A DNA stretch of 36,997 bases from Spirochaetota bacterium (lineage in GTDB: Bacteria > Spirochaetota > Leptospiria > Leptospirales > Leptospiraceae). Both the position numbers and the translations under genes were made by a program. The stretch is taken from the NCBI GenBank assembly GCA_039028475.1, contig JBCCIA010000013.1, forward strand, positions 1 through 36,997, read 5' to 3'. Within the stretch, counting starts at the first letter, position 1. The number at the start of each line of letters is the position of its first letter. This document shows, one piece after another, positions 19,339 through 28,351 of the stretch. The notes under the pieces were generated by a model. The model had not been told where the DNA came from, searched no databases, and saw only the letters and a list, made by a program, of their open reading frames with translations.

Positions 19339-20799
19339 TCAAAATAGCTTATCCAAACCACCAGGAATTTTCTTTTTGATTTCATCACCAAGTTTGTTCT
19401 TTAATACGTCTAAAACAACTCCCTGTAAAAGCTCGCTAAAACTAGGTATATTGGAAAGTAGTTCTAGATCAGGAGAAGCCAAATTACCTTTTGATTTGAA
19501 TTCTAAGAAAAGTCGTGCATCTTTCACAACAGTCGCAAGTAGTTTGTCACGGATTGCCTTTTTATCGATATTGGGGTCTTTGGCATTCTTTGCAATAAAG
19601 GCATCCACTGCTGTTGTAACCTTTTGTGACTCGTCTTTGGAAAAAACAATGGCGGAGTTGAAAAAATGTGCATTATTGGTGATTTGTAGCCAACTTTCTG
19701 CTTGGAAGCGAAAGTCATACGCACCGAAGGGAAGCTCTACCTTTTCTTTTAAAGTAATGGTTCCGTGGCTGTACTGCATCTTGAAATGAACATCTTTTTG
19801 TAAGGTTACTTCTTGCTCCAAAGACTTTGGTGCCATTTTTAATTCTTGGAATAAGGGGATTTGGGACTTCAGGGCATCTGCAATAGTCGAAGCTGCAATG
19901 TAGGTACCTTTCTTGAGGTATGCATTGTAATTCACTACAGGATTGACATAGCCTGTTTCAACGGTGAAAGGTACCACTTTGCCTTCTGTTCCAAAGAGAA
20001 TCTTTGCACTTTCACCACTTTTCCCTTTCACAGAGAGAGCAAAAGAAGAGGATAGATCCACCGAATTGTGATTTTTCAAGTCCTGTGGGTTGATGTCAAT
20101 AAAGCTTATCATAATTGTCCAATTGGCCAGCAGTAACTTCTGTGAGGTTTCCTCTACCAGTACACGGACTGTTCCTTTGCTAATGCCGATTCGCTCCAAT
20201 TTAGCAGACAGTGGTAATTTTTTGATACTAAATTTTTCTTCTTTGTCTTTGTCGCTTTCTTTGCCAGAAGGATCTGTTTCTTTCTCTTTGTCCGATGACG
20301 ACTTTTGTTTTTCTTCTAGAGCGGGATTGAGTTTGCCGTCAACAACTTTAGGTGTCTGTAACAGAGAGGCGAGATTGTTATCACCATTTTTATAGAGAAC
20401 CATACTTACTTCCGGTTCGTGTATCAAAAACTTTTTCAATTCAAAACGTTTTTCCAGTAAAGGAAGTAAGCTAAGCTGTAGCTCTATCTTCTTAATACCA
20501 ATTTGGTAATCTTTTATAGGTTCTCTGTCTTTGAGGGCGGTACCTTTGTCTGCAACCAGATCGCGTGGAGCTAACTTGATGTCTTCTACAACGAGAGAAG
20601 AGAAGATGGAAAAAAGACTAAGGTTGACTTTGCGTATTTCGGCTCGGCAATTGAAGGTAGATTCTATTTGCTGGACTAAAAAGTTTTCTGTTACAAGAGA
20701 ACTGAGAAAGTACAAACCCGTTCCCATAATCGCAAATAAAACCAGGAGAAATGCAACGATGATAATGCTTATTTTTTTCATAATACCCTTATAAGTCAA
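19339..20799 (-). CDS. AsmA-like membrane-anchored protein, tandem paralog 1.
   Basis: N-terminal TM then NFLVQQIESTFNCRAEIRKVNLSLFS, the AsmA N-terminal pattern. IKKIELQLSLLPLLEKRFELKKFLIHEPEVSMVLYKNGDNNL resembles the AsmA-family L..LL.G.l.i..l.l..p.l.l.r..dG..Nw motif. Confidence 0.5.
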   Translation of the reverse strand: MTYKGIMKKISIIIVAFLLVLFAIMGTGLYFLSSLVTENFLVQQIESTFNCRAEIRKVNLSLFSIFSSLVVEDIKLAPRDLVADKGTALKDREPIKDYQIGIKKIELQLSLLPLLEKRFELKKFLIHEPEVSMVLYKNGDNNLASLLQTPKVVDGKLNPALEEKQKSSSDKEKETDPSGKESDKDKEEKFSIKKLPLSAKLERIGISKGTVRVLVEETSQKLLLANWTIMISFIDINPQDLKNHNSVDLSSSFALSVKGKSGESAKILFGTEGKVVPFTVETGYVNPVVNYNAYLKKGTYIAASTIADALKSQIPLFQELKMAPKSLEQEVTLQKDVHFKMQYSHGTITLKEKVELPFGAYDFRFQAESWLQITNNAHFFNSAIVFSKDESQKVTTAVDAFIAKNAKDPNIDKKAIRDKLLATVVKDARLFLEFKSKGNLASPDLELLSNIPSFSELLQGVVLDVLKNKLGDEIKKKIPGGLDKLF

Positions 20800-20848
20800 A
20801 ACGGAGCTTTTTAGATTGCAAGAAGAATAAATATTGTCAAGCGATATC

Positions 20849-22264
20849 CTAGGGTTGCCAGTCTTTCAAACGATCCATCCCTTTATCCAATAACTTTCCA
20901 GCTCCCGCACTGCCTCCTCGGACAATTCCTTTGAACAACCCGCCTATGGAGGGTATCTTAATATCCAAGTCTACTTTCGGACTACGGATGTCACCGTAGG
21001 ATTTGAAAGGAATCTGGATCCTGTCGTTTTTCATGATAGAATCAAATACTTTTTCCCGTGTCATCTCGCTATAGGCCTCGCGTAAGGCGGAATGGACAAA
21101 GGTGTCTATATTATTGATACTCTTGCGTGACTCTTTTTTATAAAGAATGAAGGAACCAAAAAATAGGTGCTCATTATTGGTAATTTGCAGCCAACTGTTC
21201 TCATCAAACTCTAGGTCTAGACTGGTAGAGAGCAAATTCGCCTTTTTTTGTAAGGTCAACCTACCTTGGTAAAAAGTGAGTTCGAGTATAGTATTGCGTA
21301 GGAGCTGCTCGCGAGTGGTACTTTCCAAGCGAATTCCCAAAGTCTTTAACACAGAAATAACCCCTGAGAGCAAATTGACAATGATCATACTGCGAATGTA
21401 GGAGGTACGCCGCACATTGACCCGGTAGACTAAGGAAGGATCGATTGTGCCCGTATCTTGCAAAAAGGGACGTAAATCCTCCTGGCAATCCAGAAAAAAG
21501 CGAGCGTTTTCCTTCTTATCTTTGCCAATGATAACTAAATCAAAACTATAAAATAACTTTAAGGCGTTATAGAGGTGTAACTTATTGGGGTGAACATGGA
21601 TAGAATCTACTACTGCTTGCAAGCCCTTGAGTTGTAAGAGTTGTCCTGTCTTACGCACCTTTAGATTCACATGCGCATCCTTAATGCCTATTTTCTCCAA
21701 ACGAGCCGAGACGGGCATGTTGCGAATGCTAAATGGTTTTGTTTTCTTGGTACTGGCCGCATTTTCCTGCATAGCCTTGGCTACAATCGGACGGATGTAT
21801 TTAGGGTTGGCCTTTCCTGCAACTATTTCAGGTCTATAGAAAAACTCGGAAATGTTATTACTACCATCTTTGTTGATAAATAAATTGAGTAGAGGCTCGT
21901 AAAACATAAACTTCTGCACTTTGATACCTTTCTTGAAGAGAGCGAAGAGGCTCAATTTCAACTCAACCCGTTTTACTTGCAATACATTTTGAGTGATGCT
22001 CTGCCTATCTTGCAAAGGTATAGCTTGATCTGCCTCTGCATCTCGGTAGGTGATTTGTAAGTTTTCTAGGATGATATTAAAAAAGATATGCAAGAGGCTG
22101 ATCTTGACAGTTTCAATCGAAGCACGGCAGTTAAACTGCAACTCTATGTTCTTCACCAAAAAATCTGCAGTAAGCAAACGGTTCAAGAAAATAAGAATAG
22201 ACACTGTCAATAAGCAAAAGGCAGCCAAAAGGCAACCCAGAACAATCAGCAAGGTTTGGATCAT
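20849..22264 (-). CDS. AsmA-like membrane-anchored protein, tandem paralog 2. Start set at MIQTLLIVLGCLL.
   Basis: Paralogous to 19339..20799 (DFLVKNIELQFNCRASIETVKISLL, WLQITNNEHLFF vs WLQITNNAHFF). Start ATG overlaps the upstream small-ORF stop as ATGA (22261-22264). Confidence 0.5.
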   Translation of the reverse strand: MIQTLLIVLGCLLAAFCLLTVSILIFLNRLLTADFLVKNIELQFNCRASIETVKISLLHIFFNIILENLQITYRDAEADQAIPLQDRQSITQNVLQVKRVELKLSLFALFKKGIKVQKFMFYEPLLNLFINKDGSNNISEFFYRPEIVAGKANPKYIRPIVAKAMQENAASTKKTKPFSIRNMPVSARLEKIGIKDAHVNLKVRKTGQLLQLKGLQAVVDSIHVHPNKLHLYNALKLFYSFDLVIIGKDKKENARFFLDCQEDLRPFLQDTGTIDPSLVYRVNVRRTSYIRSMIIVNLLSGVISVLKTLGIRLESTTREQLLRNTILELTFYQGRLTLQKKANLLSTSLDLEFDENSWLQITNNEHLFFGSFILYKKESRKSINNIDTFVHSALREAYSEMTREKVFDSIMKNDRIQIPFKSYGDIRSPKVDLDIKIPSIGGLFKGIVRGGSAGAGKLLDKGMDRLKDWQP

Positions 22265-22470
22265 AGTTGTATTTTTTGCGAGGAGGGTTTGTTTCTGTGA
22301 TAAAATTGGCAAATCATCGCATGGCTGACTTTTCTCTTGTAGTTGATATTTGCGATGTCCGCATTGCCACATACTTCATTTTCGCAGTACCAACAACCCA
22401 AACAGCCACCAGAAAATTTTTGCCGTAAAAACTCAGATACAGGGTTTTGTTCAAAGGTTTCTTCTTGCAT
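22261..22470 (-). CDS. Small Cys-rich protein (69 aa) with a C-x2-C-x2-C-x4-C motif. Translationally coupled between the SDR and AsmA-like genes.
   Basis: Motif GGCLGCWYCENEVCG. Its ATG immediately follows the SDR TAA stop (TAAATG at 22468-22473). Its TGA stop overlaps the next gene's ATG. Confidence 0.45.
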   Translation of the reverse strand: MQEETFEQNPVSEFLRQKFSGGCLGCWYCENEVCGNADIANINYKRKVSHAMICQFYHRNKPSSQKIQL

Positions 22471-23127
22471 TTAGTATACAACTTCTCCTTGTATTTGTTG
22501 CTTGTCTTGGTACACTTGTAAGAAGAATTTTCCAACCTCTTGGACATTGTATTTGGGGTCATCCTTTGATAAGTTCTTACTGATTGTGATGGTGCAAACT
22601 CGGATACTGTCCCCTTCCAGAACCTTCTGCAATGAAAAACTCAGATTACGAATTCCCGCTTTGCCTATTGCTAAAGAACCAAATTGTGGATCCGGTGCAT
22701 TTGCGAAGCCTGCTCCTGTAAAAAAAATTGTCCCACTGCCATTCGCCTTCATTCCAGGGTACACCGATTTGACGGCGACCAAAGCCCCCGAAACATTGAC
22801 TTTAAAGTCTTCCGTCAAAGTGGTAGCTGTTTCTTGTAATATATGGATTTGTTTGATACTCGCGGCGTTGTAGATGAGAACATCCGTATCTCCGACATCC
22901 TCACGGATTTTTTCCATACAGGCTTTCAGAGCTTCTTCGTCACCAGCATCGCAAGTAAAGGGGTGTGAGGTATAGCCTTCCCTTTGCAGTTCCTTTTGGA
23001 TTTCTCGTAAAACCTCCATACGACGGGCAATCATGACAACTTGGAAACCTTCATTGGCAAAATTCTGCGCCAAACACTTACCAATCCCCCTACCCATGCC
23101 AATGATTGTGACAATTCTTTCCGCCAT
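22471..23127 (-). CDS. SDR-family (short-chain dehydrogenase/reductase) oxidoreductase.
   Basis: N-terminal Rossmann TIIGMGRGIGKCLAQNF, NAAS motif, and typical length. Confidence 0.8.
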   Translation of the reverse strand: MAERIVTIIGMGRGIGKCLAQNFANEGFQVVMIARRMEVLREIQKELQREGYTSHPFTCDAGDEEALKACMEKIREDVGDTDVLIYNAASIKQIHILQETATTLTEDFKVNVSGALVAVKSVYPGMKANGSGTIFFTGAGFANAPDPQFGSLAIGKAGIRNLSFSLQKVLEGDSIRVCTITISKNLSKDDPKYNVQEVGKFFLQVYQDKQQIQGEVVY

Positions 23128-23290
23128 TCCAGTCTCCTTACTCTTTGATTCGATTCTAAGCCTATGACAGACAACTGTTGCCTAGGCGAGATACCATTTG
23201 TAGATAAAATAATCCGGCATTCCTGAGACATCAAGACCATTTTATGCAAAAGGATGTTTTTTTAGAGGAATGTTTTGGGCTTGTATACCG

Positions 23291-25270
23291 TTAAACCAGA
23301 TCTACAGGATCAATATCGATTTCTAAATATACCTTATGCGGTAGCTTTAAACCATCTAGCATTTGTCTAAGAATCTGTTTCACTTTTAAATGCACATTGG
23401 TTTTGATAATGATATGATTGCGAAAATTAGAGTCAATGCGATAAAATGTACAGGCGGCGGGACCTAAGACGATGATCTTTTGCTCTGGATTGTCATCCTG
23501 TTCCTTTGCCTCATCGATAGCTTGCACCAGAGCGGTATGCACCGTATCAATGGCTTGCTGGGACTTTTCCTCGCTTTTAGAACGTGCCAAGAGGCGGATC
23601 AAGCGAGAATACGGTGGATAGAATGTGTGGTAGCGTGCGTGTATCTCGGTTTTATAGAAATTCTCATAATTCTGTGTAGTAGCCAATTGTATCACCGGGT
23701 GGTAGCTATTGTTGGTTTCGATGATCACCTCACCGGGTCTTTCACTCCTGCCGGCTCGTCCAGCCACCTGAGTAAGAAGCGAGTAGACACGTTCGCCAGC
23801 GCGAAAATCTGGTAAACCTAAGCCTATATTGGCGTTCACAACACCAACCAAAGTAACTTTTGCTGCATCCAAACCTTTCGAAATCATCTGCGTACCGGTC
23901 AAAATATCAATTTCACCAGCTACCAAGCGACCTATGACTTCCGCAAGAACCTCTTTGTTGCGAGCCGCGTCTTGATCGAGCCTTTCAATACGAGCTGTAG
24001 GAAACTTTTCCAGCAAAAACTCTTCCAACTTCTGCGTTCCCGCACCAAACTTATCCAGTTCCTCCCCTACTTCTTTTTCTAGCGTTTTCAGGTTGGTAGT
24101 GTAACCGCATAGATGACAGGTTGCATGGCCCTTTTTGTGGTAGCAAAGGTTTGCGGTACAATTCGGGCATTCGATAAACTTTTTTGCATTTCTGGCATAA
24201 ATGAGCGGACTATAACCTCTTCGGTTGAGCAGCAGAATACTCTGCTCCTTTTTTTCCAGGCGTTTTTTGATCTGGAAGAGAAGCTCTGAGCCCAATATCT
24301 CGCCGTTTTCCTTCTTATCGTAGATACGAATTTCTGAGAGCTTAGCTTTTTTCGCTCGTTGGGTAAGCCTATGGCAGAATACGTTGTTATGCATGGCATG
24401 GAAGAAAAGCTCTACCGAAGGAGTCGCACTTCCTAGAACTAGCGGAGCCCCGTTCTTTTTACAACGTTGCATAGCGATTTGCCGGGCGTGGTAGCGTGGT
24501 GAGGAATGTTCCTTATAAGACGAATCGTGTTCTTCGTCGATGATCACAAGACCCAGCTTAGGCACGGGAGCAAAAATGGCACTACGCGTCCCTACTACGA
24601 TCCTCTTTTCCCCACTCAAAATCTGTAAATAGGAGTTGTATTTATCAGACTTACGCAAAGCAGAGTGTTGGATAGCAAGCTGATTGCCGAAGATCAACTC
24701 CAAACGTTTGAGAGTCTGCACGGTAAGGCTGATTTCTGGAACCAAAAAGATAGCTGATTTATCGGTATTCTCTAAGAGTTGGTAGATTAGGTGGATATAG
24801 ACTTCCGTTTTTCCACTACCAGTGATTCCATACAACAAATGGGTAGCTTCCTGGTGAAAAGTGCCTAAGATTCCTTCGTAAGCAGACTGTTGCTCTTCGT
24901 TTAACTGCAATAGTTCAGAATCGGCAGAAACAGCAAAATCCTGCAAATTCCGCTTGCGTTTGCCTGAGGGTAGCATTTTAAAAATAGCCTCCCCTAGGCT
25001 GGAAAGGTAGTACTCTTTTACCCACCAAGCCAAGTCGATCTGCTCCTGGTTGATAACGGGAGATTTATCGATCTGTTTGAGAATCGTCTTGGTATGATGG
25101 CTTGGATACTGCCGGTGGATTTCGACAATGACTCCCTCTACTTTTCGATTGCGTAGAGGTACCTGCACACGCATGCCCACATCTATTTTAGTAAACTCGT
25201 GTGGTATTTCATAAGTAAGAGTATCCGATTCAAAGGGAATGTTTAAAGCGACTTCGGCAAATTGTAGCAA
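23291..25270 (-). CDS. priA: Primosomal protein N' / replication restart helicase PriA.
   Basis: N-terminal 3'-DNA-binding domain and Walker A GITGSGKTEVY. Cys4 zinc region CPNCTANLCYHKKGHATCHLCGY and C-terminal helicase motifs. Confidence 0.9.
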   Translation of the reverse strand: MLQFAEVALNIPFESDTLTYEIPHEFTKIDVGMRVQVPLRNRKVEGVIVEIHRQYPSHHTKTILKQIDKSPVINQEQIDLAWWVKEYYLSSLGEAIFKMLPSGKRKRNLQDFAVSADSELLQLNEEQQSAYEGILGTFHQEATHLLYGITGSGKTEVYIHLIYQLLENTDKSAIFLVPEISLTVQTLKRLELIFGNQLAIQHSALRKSDKYNSYLQILSGEKRIVVGTRSAIFAPVPKLGLVIIDEEHDSSYKEHSSPRYHARQIAMQRCKKNGAPLVLGSATPSVELFFHAMHNNVFCHRLTQRAKKAKLSEIRIYDKKENGEILGSELLFQIKKRLEKKEQSILLLNRRGYSPLIYARNAKKFIECPNCTANLCYHKKGHATCHLCGYTTNLKTLEKEVGEELDKFGAGTQKLEEFLLEKFPTARIERLDQDAARNKEVLAEVIGRLVAGEIDILTGTQMISKGLDAAKVTLVGVVNANIGLGLPDFRAGERVYSLLTQVAGRAGRSERPGEVIIETNNSYHPVIQLATTQNYENFYKTEIHARYHTFYPPYSRLIRLLARSKSEEKSQQAIDTVHTALVQAIDEAKEQDDNPEQKIIVLGPAACTFYRIDSNFRNHIIIKTNVHLKVKQILRQMLDGLKLPHKVYLEIDIDPVDLV

Positions 25271-25273
25271 GGA

Positions 25274-26098
25274 CTATAACCCAATCTCATCTTGGAAACG
25301 AGACAATTGCGCAACAATATTCTTTTTCACTCGTCTTTCTTCTTCTTTGAACTTCTGGTATTCCGCAGAATCGGGCTTTTCGGCAAACTGCTTCTTTTTG
25401 TGTTCCAATTGTAGGATAGCTTCCGGTGAACGCAAAACGACTCCTGGAACTTGCAGTCCTGAGAAGTCAAAAGTAGTACTATTGTCGAGCATTTGCTGCG
25501 CGTGCTGCCTACCATAGTAAAAAACCGCACTAGCTCCCAAGAGAAATATTCCTTTGATACCATACTGTTGGATGGTATTTTGTACATGTAGGTTACATTG
25601 TAGCAACCTTTTCTGCCAATCCTCAGGAACAGAATGTTCGTGTGAGAAGGTGCAAGCCGGGTATTCTTGGAAATAAAAGCTCTTATAGTCCAAGCCAAAG
25701 ACCTTTTCCGTCATACGATTGAACAAGTCTTCGGATTCGCGTGTACGAAAAATTTGCCCACGGAATCTTTTCGCAAAAATCGGTTTATTTGGGCGGTATT
25801 CGCCAGTATAATGCAAGATGAGAATAGGAACTTTGCCATGGTGGATAAAATTACGAATGCCAGAAAGTTTTTGCGGACAACGCCTACAGGTAAAGTTGAC
25901 TTCATCTGCTTGCAAAGTTGTCTGGCGCAGTAATTGCTGTGAGACAGGTTTTTGCGTATTTGTTTTAGCAACATTCCAAGTAAAAGAAAAGTCATACGGA
26001 TTCTGTTCTTCAGGGTAGTGAAAAACAGGGACTTCTTCTTTTTCTACTACAACAGCCAATTCTTCTAAGATCGTGTGCAGTTCTTGGTAGGGATTCAT
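25274..26098 (-). CDS. Uracil-DNA glycosylase superfamily protein, divergent family-4-like.
   Basis: TCRRCPQKLSGIRNFIHHGKVPILILHYTGE resembles the family-4 N-terminal CxxC...VxGxG...imfvGEAPG region. IKGIFLLGASA matches the conserved LG..A strand. The motif-A and motif-B positions read GEYRP and RSPEAI rather than GEAPG and HPSPLL. Confidence 0.4.
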   Translation of the reverse strand: MNPYQELHTILEELAVVVEKEEVPVFHYPEEQNPYDFSFTWNVAKTNTQKPVSQQLLRQTTLQADEVNFTCRRCPQKLSGIRNFIHHGKVPILILHYTGEYRPNKPIFAKRFRGQIFRTRESEDLFNRMTEKVFGLDYKSFYFQEYPACTFSHEHSVPEDWQKRLLQCNLHVQNTIQQYGIKGIFLLGASAVFYYGRQHAQQMLDNSTTFDFSGLQVPGVVLRSPEAILQLEHKKKQFAEKPDSAEYQKFKEEERRVKKNIVAQLSRFQDEIGL

Positions 26099-26110
26099 GG
26101 CTAAAAATTG

Positions 26111-26575
26111 CTACTGTTGGTTCCTTGCATATTCTTTGTCAATATCATCAGCCCATTTTTTAATGGCTTCCAACTCCTTAGGAGAGATTTTTGCTTCTGC
26201 ATGTAAGGCAACATAATTCTCAGGTGGCATTTCCTTCAATTCCAAGGACTCGACAATTTCAAAGGACTTTTTACTCTTCTTTTTCAAACTAAATGATTCC
26301 CAAATCGAGAAGTTGAGTTCTTCACGAGCTTCTTCGACTTCGTGTTCAAAATACAGAGATAAGGGAAAAATCTTGGTATATAAGAGCCAATTGGTTTGAT
26401 TCGAGTGGCAATCGTAACAGGCACGTCGCAGACTTTTGTGTATAGTAGTGTCTACTTTGATTTCTAAATTTTGATCTACCGCTTTAGGATTGCGAATCTT
26501 AGAATTTTTAGGAACCAATTGTAAGGCGAAAAAAGAAGTCACCAGAAGTAATAAAATAAGTTTGAGCTTTTTCAT
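26111..26575 (-). CDS. Haem-binding domain protein (CxxCH), secreted.
   Basis: Signal peptide. ACYDCHSNQTNWLLY matches the haem-binding-domain (PF14376-like) signature CYDCHSN.T.W. Confidence 0.6.
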   Translation of the reverse strand: MKKLKLILLLLVTSFFALQLVPKNSKIRNPKAVDQNLEIKVDTTIHKSLRRACYDCHSNQTNWLLYTKIFPLSLYFEHEVEEAREELNFSIWESFSLKKKSKKSFEIVESLELKEMPPENYVALHAEAKISPKELEAIKKWADDIDKEYARNQQ

Positions 26576-26608
26576 AAAGTTCTACTAAATTATATTCCAA
26601 GAAATCAA

Positions 26609-27301
26609 TCAGTTGTCTTCTTGGAAATAAGAATAATAGCTGGTAGCAATTTTTAAATCTTCCGCTACGGTAACTTTGAGATTGTATGGATTGGCAGAAA
26701 CCAACTCAGCTTGCAGATCAATCACTTGCACCCAAGAACAGAGGTCTGTAGGCTCTTCCTCTAGCATTTTATCCTTTAATTCTGTTAAAACAGAAGTATG
26801 CAAGGCTTGCGGCGTTTTGATAAGACGGACGCTATCACGCTGGAGGAAGGATTCACAGGTTTCTCGTTTCGATGCCACTACTAAGGTATCCGTTGCTTTG
26901 GCTGCAGTAGAAGCGGCTCCACTACGAATAGCTGCATGGACCACGAGATCAAACTCAGTAGAAGTCACAAAAGGCCGCGCTCCATCGTGAAAAACCAAAA
27001 CATCGTTAGACCCTGCATTGGTTGCAGCAATACCATTTAGAGTAGATTCATGCCTTGTCTTCCCGCCTGCGACAATCTTATCACTGCCATCTAGGCAATC
27101 GGCAAGGATTTCCTCCGTCTGCAATAAATGATCCGGGTGGGCAACCACCACCAAGGTTTTGAGTAAGCCCCACTTTTTAAAAGCTAGGGCTGCATGCACA
27201 AGAATTGGTTTGCCGCATAGATCTGTAAACTGTTTCGGAGAATTGCTAGCAAAACGAGTCCCACTACCACCGCTTAATAGAATGCCATAGATAAAGTTCA
27301 T
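26609..27301 (-). CDS. ispD: 2-C-methyl-D-erythritol 4-phosphate cytidylyltransferase IspD.
   Basis: ILLSGGSGTRF P-loop-like motif and the IspD fold pattern. Start placed at MNFIYGILL (27301), which removes the overlap with the small membrane ORF that stops at 27306. Confidence 0.8.
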   Translation of the reverse strand: MNFIYGILLSGGSGTRFASNSPKQFTDLCGKPILVHAALAFKKWGLLKTLVVVAHPDHLLQTEEILADCLDGSDKIVAGGKTRHESTLNGIAATNAGSNDVLVFHDGARPFVTSTEFDLVVHAAIRSGAASTAAKATDTLVVASKRETCESFLQRDSVRLIKTPQALHTSVLTELKDKMLEEEPTDLCSWVQVIDLQAELVSANPYNLKVTVAEDLKIATSYYSYFQEDN

Positions 27302-27305
27302 GCGA

Positions 27306-27578
27306 TCATTCGTTCGAAGCAATGGAATAGCGAAAAGAAATAAAAAGTAAAAATACAGTAAAGAAGGTAAAAAACAACTGGTAATCGTTGTCTACACGGC
27401 TATATGCTAGGGCAGCAGAAACCACGGCCAAGAACGAGGTTAAGAGGGAAATAGTAAGATTATTCTCCCCTGCCAGTGAACGTTTCATTTGGTAGTGGAT
27501 AACGATCCAATAAATCCCAGAAGAGGCCCAAAGAAAAATACTCATAATCAAGAGGATTAGATGAAGATCCACACTCAT
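27306..27578 (-). CDS. Small hydrophobic membrane protein (hypothetical, 90 aa).
   Basis: Three hydrophobic segments. Placed 4 nt upstream of ispD in the same orientation. Confidence 0.35.
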   Translation of the reverse strand: MSVDLHLILLIMSIFLWASSGIYWIVIHYQMKRSLAGENNLTISLLTSFLAVVSAALAYSRVDNDYQLFFTFFTVFLLFISFRYSIASNE

Positions 27579-27687
27579 ATTTCCTTATATTTCCCAGGAA
27601 TCACCGACTTGTCAATCTCTTTCAAAAAAATATACATATACCGACCGCCTTTTTAAGGGACAGACACATACCACAAATCATAAAATT

Positions 27688-27707
27688 ACTTAAAATTTTT
27701 GTAGTAT
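27688..27707. promoter_or_regulatory. Imperfect 20-bp palindrome TACTTAAAATTTTTGTAGTA about 45 nt upstream of the S24-peptidase gene. Candidate operator.
   Basis: 14 of 20 positions are self-complementary (TACT...AGTA arms around an A4T5 core). Located in the divergent promoter region. Confidence 0.2.
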
Positions 27708-27749
27708 TTTTCTTGCTTTTCAGCTTCTCTTTTACAAAATGGTCTCATT

Positions 27750-28142
27750 ATGGAATTGCCAATTTTCTCTGTCAGTGTTTTAGCTAATAATCCTTCTCCT
27801 ATACAATTTGGTTCCAGCAATTGCCTAAATATAGACAACTACCTGGTACAGAATAAGGAGCATACGTTTTTAATGCGAGTCCGTGGTGACTCCATGTCGC
27901 AAGTAAGCGTGTTTCACGATGATTTGCTTGTCGTTGATTGCTCTTTAAAACCGAGAAGCAAAGACTTGATTGTCGCTGTAGCAAATCGAGAATTCATTCT
28001 TAGAAGATTTATCCGAAAAAAAAATAAATCCTATTTGGAAAACGGAAAAACCGAAAATCCACCTATCGAATATGATAGCAAACAAGGAATCAACATTTGG
28101 GGTGTTGTTACTCATGTTGTCCACAAATCGCGTACGGGCTAA
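27750..28142 (+). CDS. S24 peptidase, LexA C-terminal / UmuD-like autoprotease-domain protein. No HTH domain.
   Basis: LMRVRGDSMS has the Ser of the Ser-Lys dyad in a GDSM context. DDLLVVD and LIVAVANREFILRRF match the LexA/UmuD motifs. Only 130 aa, with no N-terminal DNA-binding domain. Confidence 0.7.
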   Translation: MELPIFSVSVLANNPSPIQFGSSNCLNIDNYLVQNKEHTFLMRVRGDSMSQVSVFHDDLLVVDCSLKPRSKDLIVAVANREFILRRFIRKKNKSYLENGKTENPPIEYDSKQGINIWGVVTHVVHKSRTG

Positions 28143-28175
28143 GCTTTCCTTGCGATGTTGATGACTCTCTCTTTG

Positions 28176-28204
28176 CCGGGGGCTTGCGCCCCCGGTTTTT
28201 TTTT
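28176..28204 (+). terminator. Rho-independent terminator: CCGGGGGC-ttgc-GCCCCCGG followed by T9.
   Basis: 8-bp GC-rich stem, 4-nt loop, and nine consecutive T. Lies 34 nt after the S24 gene stop. Confidence 0.8.
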
Positions 28205-28292
28205 GTCTTTGGACTCAAATTAAAATAGCAAAAAACGCTACATTTTGAAGAAATTAATATAGCATTTTTTACTATAATTATTCATATAATTC

Positions 28293-28320
28293 TTGACTAG
28301 TCTAAACGGTATTTTATTAT
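28293..28320 (+). promoter_or_regulatory. Putative promoter TTGACT, 16-nt spacer, TATTAT for the 28352 gene.
   Basis: -35 at 28293-28298 and -10 at 28315-28320. GAGGGA RBS before the ATG at 28352. Confidence 0.3.
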
Positions 28321-28351
28321 TCCCCAATACACTTAAAAGCTAATAGAGGGA

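Noticed and set aside
25327-26018. ORFs 25327..25698, 25667..25933, 25711..25995 and 25818..26018 overlapping the UDG-like gene.
   Set aside because: Alternate-frame or antisense to a gene with family-level support. No independent signals.
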